Made by a program: the position numbers and the translations under genes
Shown here: positions 37,882-49,346 of the stretch, one piece after another
Position numbering within the stretch: position 1 is the first letter of the stretch
How the letters are laid out: each line of letters opens with the position of its first letter
Source of the DNA: Octopus sinensis
Taxonomy: Eukaryota
Assembly: GCF_006345805.1 (NCBI RefSeq)
Contig: NC_043011.1
Location: forward strand, 55,068,464 to 55,132,463
DNA: 64,000 nucleotides
Direction: 5' to 3'
The notes under the pieces: generated by a model
Databases searched by the model: none
What the model was told of the DNA's origin: nothing
Seen by the model: only the letters and a program-made list of their open reading frames with translations

Positions 37882-38896
37882 ACATCAGTCTGCTAGACAT
37901 GGCAGTCGTTTGTCCCAAAAAAAATGGTAATAATGTAGTTCTGTATGGAATAGCCATATTGAAGAGGCAACAAACATTATTTTTCAGTATTGTTACTACT
38001 TACATCTCTCAGAGAGATTTTAGAAGGAGCTGCTTTGCTCTACTGCATATTGTATCAGGGTTTTTTTGTTGTTGTTTTTACATTAAAAACACAAAACGTG
38101 GCCTCTGAATTACTTTTGATTTAACGGGCTTCTAGCATTAATGAAAAAACCTTGTCTTCCATTGGCCCATAGAACTGGGGATTCACTGTGTGTGCATGTG
38201 TGTTGAGAGAGAAGAGAGAGAGAGAATAGGGAGAGAGAGAGGAGAGAGAGAGAGAGAGAGGAGAGAAGAGAGAGAGAGAGAGAATAGGGAGAGAAGAGGG
38301 AGAGAGAGTGAAGGGGGAGAGAGAGGAGAGAGAGAAGGAGAGAGAGAGGAGAGAGAGAAGAGAGAGAGAGAAGAAAGAGAAAGAGAAAAGAGAGAGGAGA
38401 GAAGAGAGAGAGAGATAGAGAGAGAAAGGCTTGATGGGACAAAAGTGATAAGGTACATGTACAAAGCTCTCGTCCCTTACAGTCACTTGCATACACACAC
38501 ACACACTCACAAATGTTTGTGTCTGTGTAGTGGTGAAGGAGCTCAGTGACAAGGAGACCAAAAGCATAGGTTAGAAGATCGATTCTGGCACATGTTGAAA
38601 CGGTGCAAGATATCCTAAACTATGGGAAGAACTCGCAAACAATCACATTTCCTGGTGCTCAACCCATTGATGCCAAAAAAATATACAAGGTACTGACTAC
38701 AAAAACACAAACTGACAAAGATTAATTTGCAGAGCTGAAAGGTCACGACACTCGTTAGCTGTCACGATTCCCATTGTGCATCCCAAAAAACCATGTGGAT
38801 TCTGAAGAGGTTTGTACGTACCCAGGTGCACTCACACCCAAACGACAGTATCGAGTTATTATTCATGGCACTGGCATATGGTTAAGAACAAATATT

Positions 38897-39299
38897 GGAT
38901 CTTTTCAGTTTGAACGGCAGTTTTTTCTAGCGGTGTCATATGAAATTGTCACCCATAATTATGATCCTAGTATCAATCTATTGCATTTCAATCTGTTTTC
39001 GGTTAGGGTTAGGGGTGGGGGGAAGGTATCTTTTTTCTTCACAAATGTAAATAAACCCAATCTGTTTCTTAAACGAGGGACATAGTCATACGGCATAGAA
39101 TGCTTTTTTTTACCTCAATAGACGTCATTGATTGGTTGAAATTGTAGAAATTGAAGAAAAAAAAAACAACAAATATCTTACAAACCATAGAATTTTCTCA
39201 ATAAAACTAAGAGAAAAAGATGTTTTATAAACACATTCTACCAGTATACGAAGTTTAAAAGTGTTTAGTTACGTGGAAATTATTTAACCAAAAAGATCC
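38897..39299. mobile_element. GGATC-TIR MITE, copy 1 (8-bp TSD CAAATATT)
   Basis: TSD at 38889-38896 and 39300-39307; GG termini with 8-bp TSD are compatible with Merlin-type elements (inference). Confidence 0.85.
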
Positions 39300-39461
39300 C
39301 AAATATTTGAGTGGTTAATTGGCCACCATACCGTGACGAAATTTGGATATTCTTGTTTCCTTATTCATTTGTTATACGCTTATCTTTATTTGTTTGTTTG
39401 TTTACTGTTGCTATTTAGAATATTAGTCGTAAAATATTTTCTCACGGGTTTTCTCTCTTAC

Positions 39462-39521
39462 GTTTTCCCACTGGATAAATTGACATGTCGCAGGATTCAA
39501 CAGCAAATATTTTTGAAAGAA
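39462..39521 (-). CDS. Candidate 60-nt extracellular exon (phase 1: LSKIFAVESCDMSIYPVGK; phase 0: FFQKYLLLNPATCQFIQWEN)
   Basis: cacttcag acceptor, GTAAGA donor; open in two frames; the phase-1 reading joins the TM exon in frame. Confidence 0.45.
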
Positions 39522-39601
39522 CTGAAGTGATAAAGCCTAAACTGCAATTGTAGATAATGAAGTAACTACTCGCATACTTAATGTAAGGAATATGACAATT
39601 T

Positions 39602-40012
39602 GCATCTTTTCGGTTTGACCGGCAGTTTTTTTTAATAATTTCCACATAACTAAACACATTTAAACTTTGTATACTGGTAGAATGTGTTTATAAAACATCT
39701 TTTTCTCTTGGCTTTATTGAGAAAATTCTATAGTTTGTAAGATATTTGTTGTTTTTTTTCTTCAATTTCTGCAATTTCAACCAATCAATGATGTCTATTG
39801 AGGTGAAAACATTCTGTGCCGTATGACTATGTCCCTCGTTTAAGAAACAGATTGGGTGTATTTACATTTGTGAAGAAAAAAAGATACCCTTCCCCCCACC
39901 CCTAACCCTAACACAGATTGAAATGCAATAGATCTATACTAGGGTCATAATTATGGGTGACAATTTCATATGACAACGCTAGAAAAAACTGCCATTCAAA
40001 CCGAAAAGATCC
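39602..40012. mobile_element. GGATC-TIR MITE, copy 2, inverted relative to copy 1
   Basis: TSD GACAATT(T/C); reverse-complement match to copy 1 over about 400 bp. Confidence 0.85.
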
Positions 40013-40539
40013 GACAATTCTAATTACTGGTGATTTTTCTCGTATCAAGGTGGGAGTAAGCATAGTTTACAATACCAAATACAGGTATGCAAACTCAGAA
40101 TGTAGTTTTAGAAAATTCTTGAAATGGACTAAGGCATCAGAGTTTCAACAAATCAAGATTCAAAGTCATGTGGTGGTGGAACAGCGATAACTCTTGACAT
40201 ATTTCGATCTTGATAAGTTTCTTCAGTGAAACAGTAATTTCCTGGTTAGCAAGAACAGGAAAGAGGTAGAAATAGACAGATAAACTAATGTTTGACAAAT
40301 AGATAAGTATGAATTTGAGACGACAGTTGTACAATGCAAAACAGGACAAGTCTCGGCAAGATTTAAAAGATATAGACGTAGGAATGGCTGTGTGGTAAGT
40401 AGCTTGCTTATGAACCTCATGGTTCCGTGTTCGGTCCCACTGCATGGCACCTTGGGCAAGTGTCTTCTGCTATAGCCTCGGGCCCACCAAAGCCTCATGA
40501 GTGGATTTGGCAGACGGAAACTTAAAAAGAAGCCTGTCG

Positions 40540-40578
<39 letters not shown>

Positions 40579-40939
40579 GTTTGTGTGTCTGTGTTTGTCT
40601 CCCCAACATCGCTTGACAACCGATGCTGGTGTGTTTACGTCCCTGTAACTTACCGGTTTGGCAAAAGAGACCGATAAAATAAGTACTAGGTTTACAAAGA
40701 ATAAGTCCTGGGGGGCGATTTGCTCGACTAAAGGTGGTGCTCCAGCATGGCCACAGTCAAATGACTGAAACAAGCAAAAGAGTATATATCATATTTTAAA
40801 AAATGAATTGCTGTTAAAAATATAATACTTCTTAAAAGAGAAACTTACACAAACAAGTGGCGTTTGTTGACCATAATTTGTTTGATAAACATGTGAGTGT
40901 TCTCTCTCCTTCAAGAACATATGGATATGGACAGCTTAC

Positions 40940-41052
40940 GTTTACTTTGGTACCAACATGGATGTTATAATTACTCAGTCGTAATATGTGTGCATTCTCT
41001 TCAGTTATAATTTGTGGATTTTCTGTCAGATTGTTCAGTGGAGGGCAGCCAT
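40940..41052 (-). CDS. Exon encoding the first half of a Sushi/CCP-like module (GCPPLNNLTENPQIITEENAHILRLSNYNIHVGTKVN)
   Basis: Acceptor tatttttctctttcag, donor GTAAGC, phase 1 to 0; CPPL....VGT.V pattern resembles a CCP N-half (judged by eye). Confidence 0.65.
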
Positions 41053-41085
41053 CTGAAAGAGAAAAATATTTTGAAATTAAACAAA

Positions 41086-41457
41086 TCTCTCTCTATATAT
41101 ATAAACGGCAAAATGTCTGTGTGTGTGTGTGTCCTTTATACAAATCCACAATTTTTCAGTTAGAGGGCTTGCACTTTCTATGGTCATTCACAACCGTCCA
41201 AGGGTGGTCGTGGACATCTTTATATTTCCCCAGTCACCCTGCAAAGCCATTAAAAAGTCAATAGAAGTGACTTTTTTGTGAATTTTCTATCCAAAACCCA
41301 ATCAAAATGCCCGAAACTTGATACGCCAATTGAATGCCAGCTAGCTGTATGAGATTGGTCGGAGATTTGGACAGCACTCGCGTGTATGTGCGCATGCACG
41401 CAGCTGTATATGCATGCACTAGCACTATGACCTAGCGTTGCTGGATCATAGTGCTAG
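41086..41457 (+). mobile_element. Non-autonomous Helitron, copy 2
   Basis: A|TC start, same 3' hairpin, ends CTAG|T, no TSD. Confidence 0.82.
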
Positions 41458-41569
41458 TATATTATAAATTATAAATTTCCAAGACACTCAGCTATTAGCG
41501 AGGATTTTCTAAAACTTTGAATTTATTTCTAAAAGATTTGCAAAGCACACACTTTGATACTTTTTGTAG

Positions 41570-42060
41570 CACACAAAAGCGCTGTGGTGCCCCGTTTATG
41601 AATCGATTTCATGAAGCATGGACGTTTTGAAGTATGTAGTGTCTCAACAGCTAACAACTGATGTGGGTAGTTTATTCGATGCTTCAGCAATTCTGAGCAG
41701 GAAAAAAATGTTTCCAAAAGTCATGAGTGCTGTGTTGTTTTTTGATTTTATAAGCATGCTCGTGACTCGCGAGTTTTTGTCATACGGAATTCAAAAAGGT
41801 GCCCAAGGTTATTGTTGGAAAGATGGTGGATAATCTTGTGGGTGTCAACCAAATCAGTTGCCAAATGCCTGAGCTTCAACGTATCCATGCCCAGGGAAGC
41901 AAGACGCTCAGAGTATGGTAAGATGTCTGAAGGTGGGTATTTGTTTTGTTGCATGTTTCTGAACAGTTTCCTGGAGATTTATATGCCGAGTAAGATGGGA
42001 GTTCCATACTGGTGATGCAAATTCCAAGTGTGGACGTACCACTGTCATATACAGTTTTAA
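41570..42060 (-). mobile_element. CR1-group LINE 3' fragment (same family as 11513-11900)
   Basis: LPYSERLASLGMDTLKLRHLATDLVDTHKIIHHL; shares the downstream KQHSTHDF.KHFF segment. Confidence 0.8.
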
Positions 42061-42323
42061 ATAGATAGCTGGAGAGTGCTAAACTAAATTCATCGCCCGG
42101 TTTAATTCCATCATCTGGTCCTTGTGTGACCCCAGATGGGGCTAATTCTGTTGCAAGATTTGGACCAGATCTCCAGCTTAAGGATATCTCCCTCTCTCCC
42201 TCCCACCAGTCTCGGAGATCCTAAAAAGGGTCATGGACATCGCTCCTTCCACCTTGCCCCAAATAAAAAGTGAAAAAATAGCAAAACCAAAGAAAAAGTA
42301 CGGCCAAATAAACAACTGCAACA

Positions 42324-42357
<34 letters not shown>

Positions 42358-42638
42358 GCTCACTTTTTGATATTTTGCTAACGCCTTTCTGTGTAATTAT
42401 TTTTCAAGCTCTCGAAAGAGATTACTATTGTGTTGATTAATGTTTTATCAGTGAAATGCCATTGTTAAGATCAAGAGTTCAGAGCAAAATACCATCGTCT
42501 CCATTACTGGTTCACAACGAAATACTCTTGCTTTCTGTTAATGGTTTATCATCAAATACCGCCGTCAAGACCAGCCGTTCATTACTTTGCCTAGAACATT
42601 ATTATCGTATACTTAAATTTTGTATCAAATTAGAGAAT

Positions 42639-42925
42639 TGTAGTGTGATGGGGGAAAAGGGCAACAGAAAAAAAGAAGCAAACGGGAGAAAGAAATACAA
42701 AAGGCCTTACCTGTTGACCTTGGTGAAATCAGCGGCCGCTCTCACGAATTAAACGTCTTGTCTCTCCGCCGTCTTTGCTCGCACTGACCCCACGTGCTTC
42801 CAGCTCACACATGTCCTCTGCCTGTCACCGGCCCCTGCAAGCCTTACTTCCGTCCACCTCATCTGCAATCCCCTCCACCAACACCACATAGCTCCATCAC
42901 AGCCCATAACACCGCTAACACCACA
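42639..42925. mobile_element. Solo LTR (TG...CA, 287 bp, 5-bp TSD AGAAT)
   Basis: AGAAT at 42634-42638 and 42926-42930; the paralogous arm near 46750 has the empty site with a single AGAAT. Confidence 0.8.
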
Positions 42926-43483
42926 AGAATATTTATCACTTGTATCAATATTTTCTTTTTATCAGCCACACAGTTATTTAATGCTGGGTTAAGCTACCAC
43001 AGTCTTCGACATTTACGATATGACAGTTCAAAACTACAGAATATTTCCGTTACGCTCTTGTTAATCAACTTCCCTCATTATAAACTAATTTACATAGTTA
43101 GATAGTTGATATTTATTTCTATCGTGGATATTACAGAAACCTTTATAGATTCTATTAAGCTAAACAAAACATTCGATAAATTGTCGGAGATTTATCCCAG
43201 AAATTCAGAATATGAAATCCAATCATGGAAATCTTAGCAGAATATAGAAACATGGCTTCAACATAAATTTGGTTTCCTGGACGGCAGACACGAAATAAAA
43301 GAGAATAGAATTCTTCACTATTGAGGTGCTTCCGTATATTCATGCCAGTTTAGTCTACATCAAATTGTTTAAATTAAGGTCTTTTGATGGCTTCGATAAG
43401 CAACTATTAAATAATGCTGCTGCGTAAATTACTATTTTCATTCCGATTTCTTAACAAATATGGACACCTGTATAACAACTGAG

Positions 43484-43650
43484 AGATCTTTTCGCTTTGA
43501 CCGGCAGAATTTTAAAATAATTTCTGCCGGTCAAAGCGAAAAGATCCAAGATGTTTTATGTAACACATTCTACCAGTATACGAAGTTTAAAAGTGTTTAT
43601 AGTTACAAAGAAATTATTTTAAAAATCTGCCGGTCAAAGCGAAAAGATCC
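43484..43650. mobile_element. GGATC-TIR MITE, short rearranged copy with an internal 64-bp palindrome
   Basis: TSD CAACT(G/A)AG; three TIR-like segments. Confidence 0.75.
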
Positions 43651-43699
43651 CAACTAAGTCTTAGAGAGCATTAATTGTAAAACGATGCTTTTGACAGAA

Positions 43700-44520
43700 A
43701 TATTTAGTTATGAACCACTGCATTAGACATTGATGTGTGTTACATTCCCACATCATAAGCAGCTGTCCGAAAATGTCATCACGGTATTATCTACCGGTGA
43801 GACATGATGTTGTATGTGGGACATTATATAATGAAATCCGTTGCAAGGATAACCCCAAAGACAAAGAAATAAGAACCTACAGTATGGTAGAAGTCATAGC
43901 CACTCATGATAAAATGGAGTACTAGTGGATTGCCCTGGGGGAAAACCTCAATAAAATGTAAGCACAACAGACTTGATATAATGATTTGGGATAGGGAAGA
44001 GAAACTGTGAACAGTTGCCAGCGGATGTTAATACAAAGCTGAAGATCAGTGAAAAAGAGAACACCTACGCTGAACTATTGGGAAATCTGCAGTTACTCTA
44101 TTCAGATTACAAGTTCAGGTTTATACCTGTAATTATTGGAGCACTTGCATATGATGTGGGTGATATCTTCGGTGTTAACTCCACAAAGTCTGCATCGGTT
44201 GTCACATTTTACTGTTTTTCCTGCATCTCTATCCTTTTTTACTCATCAGGTATTCGGTGGGAGATGGCAATCCGGTTGTTAGTCCATGATAGACTGCTTT
44301 GATGATCAATGTTACTACCATCTCGGAGCTTTCTACCAACATATCCATGCTGCATGGTCTTCTGCTCATATAGGCTCATCCTTTCATCTGATACGTTGGG
44401 GTAGAGTCGGGCGACTTCTTTGGGCACGTATTTAAGATTATCAGACGAGGAATGCTGCTCAAGGAGCTGCCTTCCAAGTCTTATGATATTATCAGTCTCA
44501 TGTATGCAAACTTGGTCAAG
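43700..44520. mobile_element. R4/Dong-like LINE fragment with an internal inversion
   Basis: 44152-44520 reads on minus up to CRLCGVNTEDITHII; the continuation HIISSCPKMSSRYYLPVRHDVV...IPVIIGAL reads on plus at 43745-44150. Confidence 0.75.
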
Positions 44521-44704
44521 GGACTCTTAGTGGTTAAAAGATGTTGTCAAAGGCATTTTGAATCGATATTAAGCCTCTGCCGCCATGTTTACGTTTTAGG
44601 TAGAGACGGTCTACGTCACTGCTTATTTAGTTTTCACATCAATGGCTCGGATTTATGCATGTACGTATGTATGTATTATGTATGTCCGAGTGTGTATGTG
44701 TACA

Positions 44705-44787
<83 letters not shown>

Positions 44788-44918
44788 AATCTATCTATCT
44801 ACCTGTCTATCTTTTTATCTCTCTAACTATGTGTGTTGTGTTATTGAGAAAAACACTTCATTTCACTTTTGTTCTGAAATCACTTCGACATGTGACGTGT
44901 AATACACCGTGCACCGTT

Positions 44919-44950
<32 letters not shown>

Positions 44951-45121
44951 CACCTCCAACAATAAAGAGCAGTCACCATTCGGCTTCCTCTAATGAGCGT
45001 AGGGTTATATAAACGGATTGTTATCTAACACTCTGTTGTATCTCACTCGCGAAACCGATTGGTAAGATCAGCCGTGATGGATTACTGTACATTTCGGAAA
45101 ACATGTGTATATATGTGTGTA

Positions 45122-45154
<33 letters not shown>

Positions 45155-46967
45155 ATGGGGGGAGGGTAAAGGCTCCCCCCTCCACTCGGTCATGAAGGAC
45201 CGTGAGATTGCACCAAGAAAGTTACCTGACAAAGGTTGTGTATGGAAGACCAGCAGTCGCCCATGCACACCACCCTCCGATGTCATCCAAGAGAAAGGCA
45301 AAGGGGCCGATACAGCTTGGCACCAGTGATGTCGCAACTCAATTCTACAGCTGAGTGAACTGGAGCAACGTGAAATAAAGTGTCTTACTCAAGAACATAA
45401 CTCACAGCCTGGTCCGGGAATCGAACTCACAACCTCATGATTGTGAGCTCGACGCTATAACGACTGAGCCATGAGCCTTCACACATACACACGAGTGTGT
45501 GTATATAATGTGTGTGTGTTTGTGTGTGAGTGTGTGTGTGTGTGTATCTACCAAATCCATTTACAAGGCTTTGGAGGACCCAGGGCTTTAGTAAAAAGCA
45601 CTTATTCAAGGTGTTGTGCAGTAGAACTGAACCCGAGATCACATGGTTGGGAACCGAGCTTCTTAACCACACAGCCACACCTGTTCGTGCGCGCACACAC
45701 ACACACCAGCAATAACATTTTACTGTGAAAATGAAGATTACAATTTTATTATCTTACATATTAGAACTGAAAATATCTGCATGAATGTGTGTGTGTATCG
45801 GTATGTCCACGTTCTGCGCCAAAACGGCTTCTCCTAAACAATTGATCCACTTATTTCCGTTAGTGACTTATTCACGAATATACCATCACTAGCGCTGCTG
45901 AGGGTAATATTCTCTGGGAAGGCACAAAGCTTTTTTCCACAGTTAATTACTTGGAATTGTTATCTCATATCTGATTAGACTGTTATTACGTAACATGTTT
46001 CACGATTTTAGTATACATACCTTATTAGTATTTCCTCCTAAAATCTATATACTCTGGGAACGTGTTAAAGCCCTTTTTGGGGCTACTTTATTTGAATTCT
46101 TACTATAGGGTAATTAAATTCCTGTTATTACATAAGTGACTTCACAATTTGGGTATTCATAACTTATTGGGAATTCCTAAAAACAAAATCCTTTGTAAGA
46201 CAGTTCGGTATTCGCAATAAATACACAAAAACCGTTTTAAGGGCTACATACTTTGTATCGTTGTTACTGGATTAGCGAAACGATTATGAGAACGGAACCA
46301 AGGGATAAACCCGCCTTCATGCAGACTAAACTGGCATGAATATACGGAAGCACCTCAATAGTGAAGAATTCTATTCCCTTTTATTTCGTGTCTGTCGTCC
46401 AGGAAACCGAATTTACGTTGAAGCCATGTTTCTATATTCTGCTAAGATTTCCATGATTGGATTTCATATTCTGAATTTCTGGGATAAATCTCCGACAATT
46501 TATCGAATGTTTTGTTTAGCTTAATAGAATCTATAAAGGTTTCTGTAATATCCACGATAGAAATAAATATCAACTATCTAACTGTGTAAATTGGTTTATA
46601 ATGAGGGAAGTTGATTAACAAGAGCGTAACAGAAATATTCTGTAGTTTTGAAGTGTCATATCGTAAATGTCGAAGACTATGGTAGCTTAACCCAGCATTA
46701 AATAACTGTGTGGTTGATAAAAAGAAAATATTGATACAAGTGATAAATATTCTTTAATTTGATACGAAATTGAAGTATACGATAATAATGTTAAGAAGCA
46801 ACTTGGTGTGGGGGTAGAAGTGATGCGGAGGTAATGTATATTTGCTCACCAACAAGAAACTAAACGTATTGATACATTTTTATCGCTAAAGGACAGTGTT
46901 GATGATGATGCTTGCGAGGAATGGCGGGGGTGGACAGAGGGGAGGTGGTGGGATAGAGATGGGGTAG

Positions 46968-47010
<43 letters not shown>

Positions 47011-47939
47011 ATGGGGTGGTAGAAGAATTAGAAATATATGGTGGAAATCTGGTTCAAAGACAGCCAAGGGCCAGGTGGTGGTGTTAAACGAACAATGGAT
47101 GAAGTTCTGGCCATGCCTTACTGCTTAAAGTATCAATGTTAGAAAGAAAATATTGTCCTGTATTAAAAAGATGAAATTTTTTCTTCGATTTCCAGTCGTA
47201 AACGTACCCCTCCCTCCCCCTCCACAAACACATCCAGAATTTCTCTTTTGTCTTACAATCATTGTTTTATTTTTGTTGATTAGCTTCAAGTCAGCCTTGA
47301 TTGACTAGATTTATAATTAAACTTGATTGACCAAATCTATAATGAAAGACGCTCTACCCAAGCCATCTCGTCTTACATTCTTGGAGTTAAAGCGGCGATC
47401 TGGCAGAATCATTAGCAGGTCGGACAAAAGTAATAAGCGGCATTTCGTCTGTCCTTACGTTCTAAGTTCAAATTCTGCTGAGGTCGACTTTGCCTTTCAT
47501 TCTTTCGAGGTCGATAAATTACCAGTCAAATGCTGGATCGATTTAATCAACTTCTCTCAATCCGCTAAAACCTCCTGGTTCTATGTCAAATTCGAAACCA
47601 TTATATTCCTGGAGTGAACACATTTTCCGATGTAGCTGTTTTTTTTTTCTTTTATTTTATTTTCTTTCTTTTTTTTTTTAGACGGCAAAACGTGATTTCT
47701 AACCAGTCCAGCAACCATGTGGAGGTTCCTTTGTTTTTTTACTTCATCGAGATTGCTTTTATTATCGATAATGTAACAAGACCATCACTTCCCACTGCTA
47801 TATTTTACTTGTGTATGGGGGGGGGGTGTTTAATGAAGAAAAGCAAAACATAGATAGAAAAGAGTGACAAGATTAGATGGGAGAGCAAATGATAACTTGT
47901 TTCCGTATAAATGTGAATTAAGTGAAGAGAATAAATTCG

Positions 47940-48346
47940 GGATCTTTTCGGTTTGACCGGCAGTTTTTTAAAATAATTTCCACGTAACTAAACACTTTTA
48001 AACTTCGTATACTGGTAGAATGTGTTTATAAAACATCTTTTTCTCTTGGCTTTATTGAGAAAATTCTATAGTTTGTAAGATATTTGTTGTTTTTTTTCTT
48101 CAATTTCTACAATTTCAACCAATCACTAAAACATTCTGTGCCGTATGAATATGTCCCTCGTTTAAGAAACAGATTGGGTTTATTTACATTTGTGAAGAAA
48201 AAAAGATACCCTTCCTCCCACCCCTAACCATAACCCTAATCCTAAAACAGATTGAAATGCAATAGATCGATACTAGGGTCATAATTATGGGTGACAATTT
48301 CATATGACACCGCTAGAAAAAACTGCCGGTCAAACCGAAAAGATCC
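47940..48346. mobile_element. GGATC-TIR MITE, copy 3
   Basis: Perfect TIR of about 29 bp GGATCTTTTCGGTTTGACCGGCAGTTTTT; TSD (T/C)AAATTCG. Confidence 0.88.
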
Positions 48347-49304
48347 CAAATTCGGCCATGATAGTTTGTAAGTATCCAATACAAAGATGGATCAGGCGGA
48401 ACTTTTATAAAAAGATATGTCTTCTTACCTATATCTTCTTGAAACATTGTTAATCCAATTCTGTCGTTGTCAGAGGAGCAAAAATTTGAACTCCAGCAGT
48501 TGAAATATTCAGCACAAAAACTGGAATGTTGTTGTTTTAGACAAGTCTTTATATATTTTTGTGGAGTTTTCGTTGTATTTTTTTTTATTTGAACGAATTA
48601 TTTGGCCATCAATACTTTCATTAGAAATGCGCTTTTAAAACAAACCAAATATTTTATCGAGAACAAAGTAGAAGCGATTTCCAACCTCTGGTAAATAAAT
48701 CTCTCTAGTTTTATACAACACAACTGAAATCTTTGTTCATTGATCAAATCATAAACTCAAATACAAAGAAAGCAATACTACATTCTTGTGTTTTTTCACC
48801 TCTTCTTCTCCTTCTTCTTCTTCATCCTCTTCTTCTACTTCCTCCTCCTCCACCTCCTCACTTTCATTTTTGTCTTTCCTCTTTAAACCGGGATCATACA
48901 AAAAATGTTGCTGCTATGCCTAATCACTCCCACCACACCATCATACTCCTCGTCCTCCCCCTCCTTTTAATCATCATCATCGTCATCATCATCATCATCA
49001 TCATCACCTAACCGTTACAGCTACAATAGTTTAATGTCTTCGCTATTCCTGTTCTTCTCCTTATTCATTTGGCCATAAAAACAAGATTCCAACATTTCTT
49101 CAAGCATGAGATATTTGTTATCATTTCCTCCATCAACCAAAAATATATTACCATTCATTCCTGAAGAAAAATCAAGAAATTTTACCTCCAAAACTTTAAT
49201 TTCTTCTTTCCTCACCCTGTTAGCAACGTTGTAACTGCTAGCAATTAATCATAGCTACAGCAAAAATATTCAAGAATGTTAAACTGACGATGACGATGAC
49301 GATG

Positions 49305-49346
<42 letters not shown>

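Larger units (their letters stand above)
42596..46795. repeat. Inverted duplication: arms about 42596-43360 (interrupted by the solo LTR) and 46318-46795
   Basis: Near-identical reverse-complement sequence; the ORF track shows almost identical 62-aa ORFs at 43155-43343(-) and 46336-46524(+). Confidence 0.9.

Noticed and set aside
43143-43276. Exon-like segment with a good acceptor inside the inverted-repeat arm
   Set aside because: All three frames hit stops before the first plausible donor.
45883-45950. Cys-containing phase 1-1 exon candidate (INCGKKLCAFPENITLSSASD)
   Set aside because: The acceptor lacks a polypyrimidine tract and the donor is weak; unsupported without RNA data.
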